A DNA stretch of 62,579 nt, the filler included, from Choristocarpus tenellus KU-1152 (lineage: Eukaryota; Protista; Phaeophyceae), in the NCBI GenBank assembly GCA_964200185.2. It is 12 parts of 12 records of this genome, joined end to end, with 100 filler letters (N's around TTAATTAATTAA, not from the genome) between each part and the next. Parts side by side here need not be neighbours in the genome. Positions count along the whole stretch, not along the records: positions 37,792 to 41,421 come from CAXNAD020018851.1; positions 41,522 to 49,782 come from CAXNAD020004923.1; positions 49,883 to 54,403 come from CAXNAD020014175.1; 9 more parts are not named here. One strand, 5' to 3'. The notes beneath the pieces are model-generated. The model made no database searches and was not told where the DNA came from. It worked only from the letters and a program-made list of their open reading frames with translations. Positions 39,825 to 53,000 of this stretch are shown one piece after another (the first letter of the stretch is position 1; every line of letters begins with the position of its first letter). A program made the position numbers and the translations under genes.

Positions 39825-40480
39825 TGCTCGGTAGCACAATGAAACCAGGTTTCAAGAGGTTTTGCTATAGTGTAGTTGTAGTATTTGCTGGTTTGTACAG
39901 CTGTTTTCAGAACTCTGTACCACAATGAAACCAGGTTCAAGAGGGTTTTACTGTACGGTAGTTGTAGTATTTGGGCAACTATTTCAGAACTCAGTACCAC
40001 AATGAAACCAGGTTCAAGAGGGCTTCACTGTACGGTAGTTGTAGTATTTGGGCAACTGTTTCAGAACTCAGTACCACAATGAAACCAGGTTCAAGAGGGC
40101 TTCACTGTACGGTAGTTGTAGTATTTGGGCAACTGTTTCAGAACTCAGTACCACAATGAAACCAGGTTCAAGAAGGTTTCGCTGTACTGTAATAGTGGTA
40201 TTTACCGGTTTGTGCAGGCGTTGTCAGAACTTGGTGCCACATTGGAACACAGGTTGGTTCAAGAGGGTTTTGCTTTTATGCATTATTTTATTTTAATTTC
40301 CCATGTTGAAATGCTGTTTCGGAGTTCGATATCACAATGGAACTCAGTACCACAATGGAACCAGGTTCAAAAGGGTTTCGCCGTGCAGCATTGTTGTATT
40401 CATAAATACCAAGTTGTACACCTGTTTTGGAACTCAGTACCACAATGGAACCAGGTTCAAGAGGGTTTCGCTGTACACTA
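39825..40480 (+). repeat. Tandem array of about 8 units (77-95 bp) with a conserved, self-complementary core
   Basis: Core aactcagtaccacaatg(a/g)aaccaggttcaagaggg starting at 39825, 39911, 39988, 40065, 40142, 40228, 40341 and 40431. Confidence 0.92.
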
Positions 40481-41521
40481 GAGTATTTTCATCTTGTACG
40501 GGTGATTTTAATCGCTTTCGGTGCGGTGGATGTGATTAGCTCTTGTTAAGGTGATTGCTCCTGCTGTGATGAACTCCTTGTCTAGTTATAACTTGTTCTT
40601 GGCTTGTGTGTGAAAACTTGATCTCCATTTGAGCATCACTTGAATTGTCTACGCAATATGTTTCTGACCATGTCAGGGTATGGAGATACAACTGGAACAT
40701 TGGTATCTCAATCTCCTGGCCTCATCCTCTGTGTGATACCTAAGTCTCTAGGGTAGAGGTGTTAAGCAAGGTATTGAGGCAAGGAAGAGTCTCACACGGG
40801 ATTGGTATTGTGGCATCTCAATATCGGGGCAAAATCGGAACCCACAGTGGAACAGCGTTATATCTCTATGTTTGACACCACAGGACTGCCCTGGTTTGTC
40901 CACGTTGCTGAAACCCTCTCTACAATCACAGCCTGAAAGAGTCGTAAACAAACATAGTCCCCGAAAAGAAGGAGAAGAGTTGTACTCCCCAACAGAGAGG
41001 TGTGTTGCCAAGCCAAAGGGGAAAATATTTCATTTAAAAAAAAAAAATCAGTCATCAAGACAACGAGGCGGCTACCCCAAATTATTGCTGATTGGTCGAC
41101 TTCAATGCCTACTGCAGTGCTGATTGGTTGACTTACAACACCTACTACCCCTGTGCAAAGCTGAACATAGAGGTGCAAAGGTTGAGATGATGACTGCTTG
41201 GAGAGTACATGAACAATGTGCCGACAAGGAAGTGTGTTCTTGCCTTTCTATTTCCTTTTCCAAAATAGATGTAGACATTTCAATTTCTTCAGAAATTTCA
41301 CTGAAATTTGTTTGATTTTTTTCTCACCGATAGTGCATTTATGTTTCATGTCAGATATTGATTTTTTTGTAGCATGATGTGTACTACTACATAGTATAGA
41401 TGTAAGGCGGTGGGGGGAGGGNNNNNNNNNNNNNNNNNNNNNNNNNNNNNNNNNNNNNNNNNNNNTTAATTAATTAANNNNNNNNNNNNNNNNNNNNNNN
41501 NNNNNNNNNNNNNNNNNNNNN

Positions 41522-41675
41522 GGGGTCTACACCACGGTGTCCATTTGGACCAAAATCAGGAAAAGTGCACTTTCATTATCCATCTAACGTATGCAACCAA
41601 AGCACCCAAAATCGCGACATGAAAAAATAGACCTCAAATGGACAGCCGCCACCCCCTCCCCAGGTACTTTGAGCC
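41522..41675. mobile_element. MITE family A copy (inverted, truncated at the contig start)
   Basis: Reverse complement of 21334-21490; ends ccccaggtactttgagcc. Confidence 0.85.
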
Positions 41676-41733
41676 TCATATCAAGGGGGCTTGATGGGAT
41701 TCCCCTAGATGAATGAATGAGTCAGGTTTTGTT

Positions 41734-41990
41734 GAGTCCAAGTATCCTAGAGGGAGTACCATTGTTGTTTAGGTTTCTGTTGCTCTTTTCTGATTTGCAT
41801 CTTTACCTCTCTACATTGTCCAATCCAATGGCAAAACATCTATCAACAGGATATTAAGGCTACATTACACAAGGGAGTTATCTTAATCTGGGCCATGAAA
41901 ATGGGATGTCAGAGGAATCACATATTGTAAGTCCCGTAAGACAAAAAAAAAAGGGGTCAAAATCCCCCCCACTCTAGGATACTTCAGCTC
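41734..41990. mobile_element. Diverged MITE with family B-like termini
   Basis: gagtccaagtatcctagag ... ctctaggatacttcagctc; flanks gtt/ctt. Confidence 0.65.
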
Positions 41991-42434
41991 CTTTGCATGA
42001 CATTCAACAAGCATTCACATTAACAACTGTGTACTCTTGTAGAAGGGGCACTCAACCACAATACAAATACCTACATGGTATCACTATTACGCTCAAGCCT
42101 CTCTCAAGAAGACCTATTTCCGGCTTGAGGATTCTGTGGCAGATTGATGCAGCAACATACCCTCAATGACAGCAGCCCCAGGTTGGTATGGAGATTCAAA
42201 TATTGCTACTGAGTCACAGATTAAGAACTTTCCTATCCAAGATTTCATGACCAGCAAAACTTACATCTCTGCATCACTTACCCTCGCCCTAGTCCTGTGT
42301 ATGCTCCACTCACCTGGGCTTACTCATAGAACTTTCATAGGCAATTCCAAAGGGGCTCATCAGCTAGCAATACAAGGTTAATACTCAAAACAACCAATTT
42401 TGAAAAGCTAGCCCTGCAAAAGTCTCCCTCTCAC

Positions 42435-45400
42435 CATCCTTAGGTGACAGTTGGGGTGACAGGAGTGGTTGACATAGCGCAACAGGTTGCCTTTCCATGT
42501 GGCGTCTATAAAAGTCCCATCACCCACCTCATGAATGAAATTCTGCTTTAATATTGAGCACAGAGGGTCCATAGGTCATGGTGAGCACTCAGTTGCAGAG
42601 GTTCTCAAGAGTAGACATCAAAAGCAGAGAGCGATAGATATTACTGAGATCTGCATAGGGTATAGGTATTCCACTGCACGCTACATTATTCAGTCCTTAG
42701 ACTATTATCATATTCAAGGATGAAGTGGTCTTGAAGGCTCTGTGGGGTAAGATACGACAGAAACCTAAGAACAACTGCACAGATGCAATCTTCTACTACC
42801 TACCCGCCTGCCTACTCCAAACTTTCTTAAACAATATCGTTTATTTTATTTTACTACAAGGACTCTGAACTCCATGTCAAGCTCATCATCAGCTGCACTA
42901 CAACAGTATCTCTTTACCACAGGGCACTATGGTGGTAGTCTGGGGCACTATATACTTTTATGTACTGGTGCAGTTGTAAAAGATCCTGCACTTCATGCTT
43001 AAGCAATCCCTTCCTTATTTGAACTTCAATTTATCAGATACAAGTAGTAAAAACAAGTTATACTCTTCTCATCTCCTCTCACCAAAAGACCAGACTTCTT
43101 GTACTCTGAAGCTCGATTTTCAGCCACTGTTTGACCCACACGCTCACCAAGAACCTCCCCCACGAGTTCATGAGCCCTGATTCCTTCATTGGCAAAAACA
43201 CCTAGACCCTGACGAAGATGAAGGCAAAGGAAGTGCTGTAGAAGTGCATTGGACAGAAATAAATTGAAAATCTCTTCTGAACTCACTATACAAGTGCATT
43301 TGTGCTTGATTGGGGGAGGGGGCAGGGGGAGACGACTCTCAGTAGCATACATACTATGGCGGTTGGAAGGCTATTAGATCGATGATAATAGTCCAGGATT
43401 TAGGTGTTTAGGAAGAGTTGCACACGCAAACTCTCAACTGATTCCAATAGTCACTCCAATAGGTCAGCAAGCCTTTGTCACAAAAAAAGCCAACTAACCC
43501 AACAGGACATTCATATCAATCATTGCAAAACAACCACAGCCCATTTCACTGAACACATAAATCACAAAGAACCAGAGCGAGGACCTAACAACAGTATACA
43601 TCAAAGGTTTTAGCACCTCCATGACATCACAACCATGCCCATCCTACAACTGAAAAAATGCATCATCATGCATAAAGCCAAAGTTTACAATGCATGGTGT
43701 TAGCAGCAATCACTCACCTTTCTCATACAGATCACAACTCCTCTCTTCTGATCTCTTTTGCTTTGCTTACCTGCACTTTAGAAGCCCCCACTCGAAATCG
43801 TATACACAATCGCCCAGATGCTAACCGAAGCAGCCGCATCAACATCGACCTCAGACGCTTCCCCTCCTCTCCCCCCCTTGCCATCCCCTCTGCCGCCTCA
43901 ACAATTTTCCATTCTGGAGCCTGCCCGCCTTGGCCTGCCCCAGCCACACCTTTGCTTGGCACAGCTGCTGTCTGCTGCTTATCCTCAACGGCATTTGTCT
44001 TGATGGTGGGATCACTTGCATTACATTGACTTGACTCATCACTCGAGTCAGTCAGGATTAGGGTTGGTTTCTTCGGAACAGCCATTGGGATTGAGTGACA
44101 CCTGCGGACCTCTAGTACTGTCGCATCCATAGGGTCACACCGTGAGCTTCCGCTCTTGTTCCTGAGGCCAAGACGGAGTGAGGTCTCAGGGATTACTGGC
44201 TGTAGCTTTGTGTTGACTAGTGGTCTACATTTTGATTGACAGCTGAGTAGCACGTTGTTAGCTTGATGAACAATACATACGATACAAGGCGAGATGGACT
44301 ATGAATCTCTGGATATATTTCTACCAAAGTTAGGATGATCTTGAGGTATTGAATGCGACTGGCACACACACACAAGTAAGAAAATGACAACTTCAAACTG
44401 AACACAAGACGAGGGGATGGGTGTTAGTCATGAGGTAAAAGAACTTAACGTGCACCTTGAGGACTACAGTCCTCCAGATTGATCTAGACATCCTTTCAGC
44501 CCCAAATTCTCCTAATGCGAACCTCAGTCGAGTTGGGAGAGTTTGTCACAAGGCACAATATTGAAAAGGCCACCATTACCATTGAAGGCATAGTCCCTCT
44601 ACTACAACCATCTACAAATAGAAAGCAAAATCAACATATCCACCAATAGACCTGGTTTGTTCCTCCACACAACGGGACCTTGAAGATGCCAAGGCCTCCC
44701 TCAGCAGGCACTCTTCCTCAAGCATGTTCCCAGGGGTGTACAGCTCTACTGCACTAGATGCTATCATCACAGCAGCACGTACTACCTGTCCTCCCAGCTC
44801 CCCTTCACCCCCACATTTTGTCCCCACCGGCAGATACGTGTCTCCACCCATAACTTGGGTCGATGAGGCTATTGTGGGGCCTTTTTCCTGCCCAACATTT
44901 GGCGATTTGTCCAACTCAGCCGCCCGAGAAGCGGCAGCAGCCCTTCTCATCGCCACATGCATGTAATAGGCATCCTCACTTCCAGGTGTCAGCTCGAAGC
45001 CAGTGAAGTGGGCCTTCAGGGCTGCCGCAGCCCGCCCAGAGGTGGTAGGCCCAGCTAGGCTGTTGTTCTCGGCAACCTTTTCCACGTGCCTAAGTTGGGT
45101 GAGGAGATCCAGGGCTGAAGGCCAAATGAACTCTGCCGTCTGCATGATAGCCCTGTGTTAACAATTGAACATTGGGGTGGCCCAAAGTGGAGGATGGAAG
45201 AGGATGAGCCAGGATGGCTGATATTTGAGGCGAGCTGGGAGTAATAAAATGCTGAGATCGTGTGATAGTATAATGGAAGGTAGAGGTTGGGATAGAGTAG
45301 ATATGAGGAAGACAATAACAAGGGGGTACATCAGACATGGCAGATCACCAACAGAGATATGTGGGTCAAGTAGACCAGAACATAAAATATCATCCCCCCT

Positions 45401-48400
45401 GGCACTTCCAAAATACAGAGCTAGTCGACCAAATAAGGTACCAACGTTGAAGGGAAACATGATACCGATGTTGAATCTTATTACCACATTTCCTACCCCC
45501 ACCCCCACCCCCCCACCCCCCCACCAACCCACTTATCACATACGATGTTAACAGTAACTCTTGACCCTGTAACGTACTTGGCAGTGCTGTGGTATATGGT
45601 GCCCAATGGGTTGAAGGTGATGGCATTGTTGCAGAGCAGGACAACATCTTCCGCCAGTGATTTCAGCGAGAGGTATTCCCCCTGGCAAATCCTTTGGCGA
45701 ATAGTAGAAAAATCCATAGGTGAAGAAATTACTTCAGCATACCCCGGGACGCCTGGATCAACTGGCTCTGCAAACAATTTAAATGGATCTCCATGCTGCA
45801 AGTGGTCGATGATTGTTGTGGACACTAACCGCAGGAGCTGTTTCTCTTCTGCAGAGGGCTGTGGGGAGATGGGAGACGCAAGTGGAGATGGTATGGGCAC
45901 AACCAGGCCAGACATAGATAAATACACAGAAATGTGGTCAAGGGCAAGGGAATAGCATCAGTCAGGGGCGAGTGGCAATGATAGAGAATGGGTGACATGG
46001 AAGTATGCAGGACAATCGAAGGAGTGTTTTCCTCCGGGATTTACTTAATCCTAGTGTAAACCTGTGGATGGAGAGAAAAAAACAACAATCAATGTTTCCA
46101 GAACATGTTCGTACAACTCATACACTCTTTAGAACCAAAAGGAGGAGGATAGTCAAGTTACAGATGTAGTACATTGATCATCAACATGCCACCTCCATAT
46201 TGATGTTCATGACATGCATACTAGTAGAGAGTGAAACAGTCACAGGTTACCTGGTGTTGTTTCTTGTGCGCACAATAGAATGCTTTGATTGATATGTGTT
46301 GTACTACCAACAGTGAGATCTTATACTCTGACACATCCTTGCAGAATACATACAAAGTTACTGGGTACCATGTACATTTGGTGTGTTGCACAAAGTACCC
46401 GAGGAGTCTTCTATGATTCACAACATCTTCACTCATCGCACCTCATTGACAACCTCATGGCTGTTATGAGACCCCGCTCTCGCCTCATCCTCACTAGACG
46501 TCGCTTCCTTATCTTCAGCAACCTCGTTGTCCCCACCACCACCTTCCTTTTCTGGCACAACAGATGAACCGCTGGAACCAGACTGCATTTCCTTCCTCGC
46601 AATTTCCTTGCCATTGCTCCTTCTGCATTCCTCCTCCCTTTCCCTGCCTTCCATACAATTATTCACTTGACACCCATCACCATCATCAATTGAGCTTCGG
46701 CAAGGGACACGGCGCTTACGCTGTCTGAAATCAAAACAGGCAGGGCACTCCCACTGGGAAAAATCCGAAGTGATTAGATACAGAGTGAATGGTGAGAAAG
46801 GGTCAAACGTGCGTTATCTGATGGCCATTGGCCATTTGTATTCATTTTTTCTTGCTTTGGGAAATGCATACCAGACACGGCAAGAAGTGATTTATGGACA
46901 CCAGGGATACTTTGAAATAGAAGATTAGAGCAAGTCTCGCTCATGGAAACATGCAAAGGGCTATCCTTTACCTTTCAAGAATCTCAGGAGAAGATTTGCA
47001 TGTGGGTGAGAAATATCAGCTAACCCACTTCATACACTGTAGTACCTTCAAGCTCAGACAGACAGATATATAACTACCAGTAGGTACATAGTGTAACATA
47101 TCATGACAGAGGGAGGCAGAGAGTCTGGTGTGGGACATTGTTCTCTCCCTGCGGTGAGAATGGAATTTCAATTAAAGAGATGCTTCTCACAGGACTTATC
47201 TAGAGGAAAACAAACCTTGGCACGTCCAGTGACCAAGAGCGACTTTTCCAGGCCCAATCGAGAGTGGAGACAAGGAAAGCAGAAAATATGGATGTTGGCA
47301 AAAGCAGAATTGGGGCACACCATTGCCACACTGCCAGGCTGCCCACTGCAATAGAAGCATGGTTTTCCTTGAACTCCATTGCCCTCTTCCGGGCGAACTT
47401 GCATGTGTTTCAGGTTCCACATACGATGCTGGCTACTCCCCTCAGACTCCACAACCCAACTCATGCTATTCCTGTCGCTGCCAAGCCTGTCCTGTCCCAG
47501 CTCGCTGCTTCCTTCATCGGAGTCCTCCACACTCATGCAGTCATCCTCACAATCTTCATCTCCTCTTTGGAGCAAGCTGCTGATGCCTTCCTCCCTGTCC
47601 CTTGCTCCTTGGCCCTCATCTACCATATTCTTATCCCCCTCACACCCAGACTGTTGAGCTCCTCTGTTGCCTTGAGGGCTCTTATAACCCTTTGAGTCAC
47701 CAAGTCCAGAATGATGCTGTGCTGCACCAGGCATGGTCTGGCCCATGGGTAAGAGGTCTGTGCTTGAGTCGGGAATCTCCCATCCTTGGACCATTCTTCC
47801 TACCTGAGAGGCACTGGTGCTAGGCGGTACGGGCCCAATGCCTACACCCTTTGGAGAGGGATCAAGAGTGGCACTTGTGAGAGCCCTGGTCCGCACACTG
47901 TGGGCACTATCTGTGCCATGATCACCACCTGGGTCTGCATCTCCCCCACAACCATACTGGGCTTCCGAAAGGACATGCCCCTGCTCTTGTGCTGATTGCA
48001 AGGTTTCAGTCTGATTTTCTGCCTCTGCTTGTTGAAATGTACCTTGTGGCGTGTGTCCTTTACCTTTCCCTAGCCAAGTTGGCACACCAGGCCCAACAAA
48101 TTCCTCTGCGCCTGATGCCATATCTTTGATACCCTTTCCATCAGCAGCCAATCCCTCCTTCTGCCCCATTGCTGCTGAGACTCTTGTTGACATTTCCTTC
48201 CCTGCTCCACCATACGGTGCCCGTGAATTTGACATGGTTACAGCTGGTTGCTGTAACCCTCTTGACTGGGCCATTGGCAGCCCTGCAGCAAGCCCTGCAC
48301 GAAGACTGCCACGGACTCTGTCTCCAAAGGGAGTCATTGTACCATCAAAGAACCCTGACCCAAAAGATTTGTCAAACCCAGGCCCCAGCCTTGGGCCGTG

Positions 48401-49379
48401 AGGCGGTCCAAGCCTTGCTGGCCTCAACCCAGCCGGTCCAACATTGCTCTGGGGGGAGGTTGGTGTTACTTGACTGTCTAACGATGATCCATGCTTCTTC
48501 GCCTTTTTTCGCTCTCTCTTATCTACCTTCTCTCTCCTGCTATGCCCACATGGGCGCTTTGGAGTAAAAAAATCCTCCTCATAGAGGAGGGAGTAGAGGA
48601 GGCGGTTTGCTAGCTCAGGAGCAAAGACCACTGGTGGAGAAGAGCTGGTAGGTGGGTCAATGTCAGCTCCCTCACCATGCTCAGTGCCAGATAGCGACAT
48701 TGTATCTTCTTCTACCGCCTTGCTCATGATCTGCTTCAGACTGGCCCAATCTGGTATCGCCTGGCACATGGGGGGTCACCAGATGTTCATATACCAGGGG
48801 GTGTGGAAGAGAAGAGCAACGGGAAAGGAACAAGAACGAATATGTGAGTACTGCAACGTTTTCCATGCATGCTATCATTGCACAAAGGCAACTACTTACG
48901 AGTGGTAGGCAGTGGCAGACACAACATAGCGAACAATCACCAGGTGCAACCATTTGCATGATTCTCGCCTCTCCCTTTCACAGAATCAAAGTATCTTAGA
49001 GTGTAAAGCCGCGTCCGTTTGGGGGCAAAAATCTAATGCTCCAAAATTGATGTAATTTTGTGTTTGTCATGTTTGTTAGGAAAATGTCATTAAAAAAAAC
49101 ATGGGAAACCAAGCTAAACAGACAAACAGGGCAAAGCTCGCATCCTCTAAGATACTTTCACTCACAACAAATAATTTTCTAAATTATCCCAACCCAGTGC
49201 TCACCCCCTGAATTGTGTTGACTTTCCCGGCACGAACACAGTAGGGGCAGTACCATGGGTCTGCCTTACTCTGAAGGTTTGCAACCAGACGAGCCTTACT
49301 ACCAACAGCAAGACATCCCTTGTGGAAGACCTTTGGGCAATTGTCACAGCACAGCACCTCACCAGCATCCCCACAAACA
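42435..49379 (-). CDS. PHD finger + Cys-rich finger + bromodomain + SET domain protein (Trithorax/SET1-like histone-lysine methyltransferase), partial at both ends. Exons 49205-49379, 47216-48760, 46442-46753, 45578-45858, 44652-45152, 43771-44242, 43083-43208, 42435-42542
   Basis: PHD VCGDAGEVLCCDNCPKVFHKGCL..WYCPYC; bromodomain LFAEPVD..YAEVISSPMDFSTI..LLCNNAITFN; SET SKVQGLGVFA..GEVLGE and FIDATWKGNLLRYVNHSCHPNC; canonical, phase-compatible junctions. Confidence 0.92.
48983..49163. mobile_element. MITE family B, complete copy with ACA target-site duplication, intronic
   Basis: aca-GAATCAAAGTATCTTAGAG ... CTCTAAGATACTTTCACTC-aca. Confidence 0.88.
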
Positions 49380-49712
49380 CTGAACATTACGTGGTGAGGA
49401 AATGAGGCCACAAGAAAGGGAGGAAAGGTATCAGCCAGAAGAGGCGTGTCAACAGGAAGTGGGGGAAGCCATCAATGCCATTGAGCGTAGAGGATCCACA
49501 TACGATCCTTACAATTGAAGTAAATCGTACAGGGGCCAGTGGATGGAGTCAGAATCAGCTCATTAACACAGTTACAACTGATAGTGTATGGGATCAAAGT
49601 GTATATGAGTCAATAAACAGCCAACACCATAGGTTTGCCTGGAGGAGGAAAATGGGGAGGAAGAAGAGCAGTTTTCACACACAATTCAAGGGCAAGCACA
49701 GTACCCTATCCT

Positions 49713-49782
49713 GGCTCAAAGTATCTGGGAGGGGGTAGCGACTGTCCAATTGGGGTCAATTTTTTCATGTCACAATTTTTGG
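49713..49782. mobile_element. MITE family A left part, cut by the contig end
   Basis: ggctcaaagtatctgggagggggtagcgactgtccaattgggg. Confidence 0.85.
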
Positions 49783-50014
49783 NNNNNNNNNNNNNNNNNN
49801 NNNNNNNNNNNNNNNNNNNNNNNNNNTTAATTAATTAANNNNNNNNNNNNNNNNNNNNNNNNNNNNNNNNNNNNNNNNNNNNCACACCCCCCGCCCCCCC
49901 CATCCGTGAACACCTCCTACTCATCCCCCCTCCCCCCCCCCCCCCCCTTTCATTGCCATCTTTCATCCCACCCTCCCCACAAAACAACAGTGGGACAAGA
50001 CCCGAGTCACCCAC

Positions 50015-53000
50015 CTGCTTGGTAAGCTGCATGATCGTCTCATCATTGAGGATCTTTCCATCCTTGACAACTCCATCGTGACCCTGGTCGCTGTAAGGGT
50101 CCAGCGCAACGTCAGTACAGACGATGCTCTCGGGGAAGCGGGCTTTGATCATGCTCACTGCACGTGGAACAATTCCATTGGGGTTATGACACTCCTCACC
50201 ATAGTTGGTCTTCAGGTTATCTGGCACCTTTTACACATAGAGTGGGGGCATGGGGGTGGGAATGAAATTCCACACCAAGGGGTGTTTTTTCAAGATGAGG
50301 ATATGTAAGGGTTGGTAAGGTGAAGGGTTTTGAGGAATAGAGATTGTTGCCCTCTACAGCATCCTTATCAATGCGCCTGGTGATGCAAGAGGCTGGAAGA
50401 GGATCAGGGGTCAGTCAGTCAATCATGAATATTCAGATGTGTCCATTATATCCAAACAGCCTCTCATCGCCTGCTGCAATAACACGATCAATCTCTCACA
50501 AATACATGTTCCTTAAACTGAGAATTTCGAGGTCTTTCTATTGACACAGTTTCAGACCTTAAGTATAGTACTCCAGGAGAACACAGCCAAAATCAAGAAA
50601 AAAAAAGTAAAAAAAAAAGTCAGTTCTTCAGGTCAGTGTTTTTTTTGGAAAATGTATGTTCTTTTTTGGTCTTCACTAGGCTGAAGTAGTAGATCATTTG
50701 ACAATATAACATTCACACGAACAAAACCTAACCCTTAGCCCAGTTTATTCCATTCACAAAAAAAAGAAGAGCCTATCGCAGGCAGCAACACACAGAACAC
50801 AAGTCCCAATTTTGATCAGCAGCATCACATGGGCATGAGAGTACTATAATAGACAGCCCACAATATTTTGGGGTCTACCTCATGATGTCAAACCCTCCCA
50901 CCAACATGCCTCACAATTCAAGTGAAAGCCAATCTTGAAGACTTAACAAATATATATTCGTGAGCAACCCCCCCCCCCCCCCCACAACAGAATCACCACA
51001 CACCCACAAGATCCCTCACCCACNNNNNNNNNNCCCCCACAACAGAATGGCACCTGTGTGCTACTACCTCGCTGACCGTAACACAACAAGCTAAAAAAAA
51101 AAAGGGGGTTCAGGGTCCGTCGGTGAAAAAATTATCAAAATCTCATTTCATTAGTGAAAAACCGAGCACAACAGATACGATGATAATCTGCAGCATATCT
51201 CAACAACCACAGGCAATCTACTACCCTAACGCTAACTCTTTTGGGAACAGCGACATTAAGAGCGGTGGAGCAGAAGCCACGGGCAAGGGAAGGAGCAGGG
51301 ATCCTTCCTGCCAAATTGCATCCCGCCCAACAAGAACCGACCTTGGGGAAGAGGATGAAGGTCCTCACACCAAATGTCCAAGCCTCAGCCACTTCCTCAA
51401 GCATGTGGGAGAGGCTGTGGCGCATGCAGCCGGGCATGGATGTGATCTCACTCTCGTACGACTTTTTTTTTTTTTTCATTTTATTTCGTTCCACAAAGAA
51501 AAAAAGAAATGCACAAAAAAGGGGGGTAGTAGTGAGAACAGATATTNNNNNNNNNNTCTCCTCCCCCCTTTTTTTTTTTTTTCATTTTATTTCGTTCCAC
51601 AAAGAAAAAAAGAAATGCACAAAAAAGGGGGGGTAGTAGTGAGAACAGATATTCTCTTCTTTTTTTTTTAACATGATTTTATTTTGTTCCATCAAGAACA
51701 AAAAAGGGTATTTTTCAAGATTTTTTAAAATTATTATTAAATATATATATATATAGTTCCATCAAGAAAAAAATGAACAAAATTCGGTATTTAGAAGGCA
51801 AGGCACCTGTGTGTGTGTTTTGTGCCTCTTTTTGTTCTTAAAGTCATAAAGTCTCCACCCTCACTCTACGTAGTCCCGTGCGAGATATCCTCAACAGCTC
51901 CTGTGTTTATGTCGTAGTTAAATCAACCCGTCGCGAAAGAGCTCACGCAACTTCAACTTCAACCCACCGCAGAAAAAAAAGTGTTAAAAAACCCCTGTAA
52001 GAAGCATGTTTCCAACTTCAACTTGAGACTCCACTACCGTGAAGTAGAAAAGGGGCTATCTTATCTTTTGGTTCTTGTGGAATACATACCTGATCTGACA
52101 TACATACTGTGGATTGATCGATGCGACTAGTGATGGATTGCACAAATTTGTGCAAACGCCTGCCTAATTCATGTGAGTGGGTGAGAAAAAAAAAATGACA
52201 TTGATAGGGGAGAGGGGAGATTTTCTCGACTCTTTTGGTCTGAAGATCAAGCAACCTATCCCCTCCCCCACCCAAAAAAAAAGTTGGCACAAACAAATCG
52301 TGTTGAGACAAGAAAGAACTCCTCCAACCAAAGGTGATCTAACATGGTGAGTCACACGTATTGGCAAAAGCAATATTTAGTCAAGCGAGGAGGAAATATT
52401 TGTTAAATTTCTCCACAAGCTGCCACTGATGAATGAACATTCTTGTACGAAGTCATGATTGTGAGGGACTGGACTATGGTGATCGAGGAGATTGTCCACA
52501 ACATCCATAGAGGTAAATAAATACCTTTGCAGTAATTGACTTGACTCCAATCAGAGCCCTTCAATCAGGAGAAGATTGTGAGATGAAAGATCCTTGCTAA
52601 AGAGGTGTAAGATTGATGAACAGTGACTCACCTCCTCATGGATAAAGAGGGGGTAGATAAAATTGGCCGGTCGTACAATGCTCTCACGAACCATGGACCG
52701 CACAGCCTCGTTCTTACGGTTGCGCCGGGGACGTTGCCGCTGAGGAACCCACGCCTGCGCATCCCAAATCAAAGTCAGGAAAAAAGATGGGCACACCGGA
52801 GGTAGGTTGGAGGCGACAACAGTTAACGACAATCTGCCCAAGCTTTCCACCCATGTACAGTTCACTGTATACAGGGTGACTGAAGCCACATTCATGTTTC
52901 GGACGTGTTTCGGACGCGACAACTTATTCTCTTCGTTGTGGCTTGCTCCTACAGTAAAAGCGTTGAGACCATATCCCTGGTCCGTGGTGATGCCAGGATA

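Noticed and set aside
39825-40480. CRISPR array
   Set aside because: Eukaryotic context, no cas genes, and the inter-core sequences are homologous to each other rather than unique spacers
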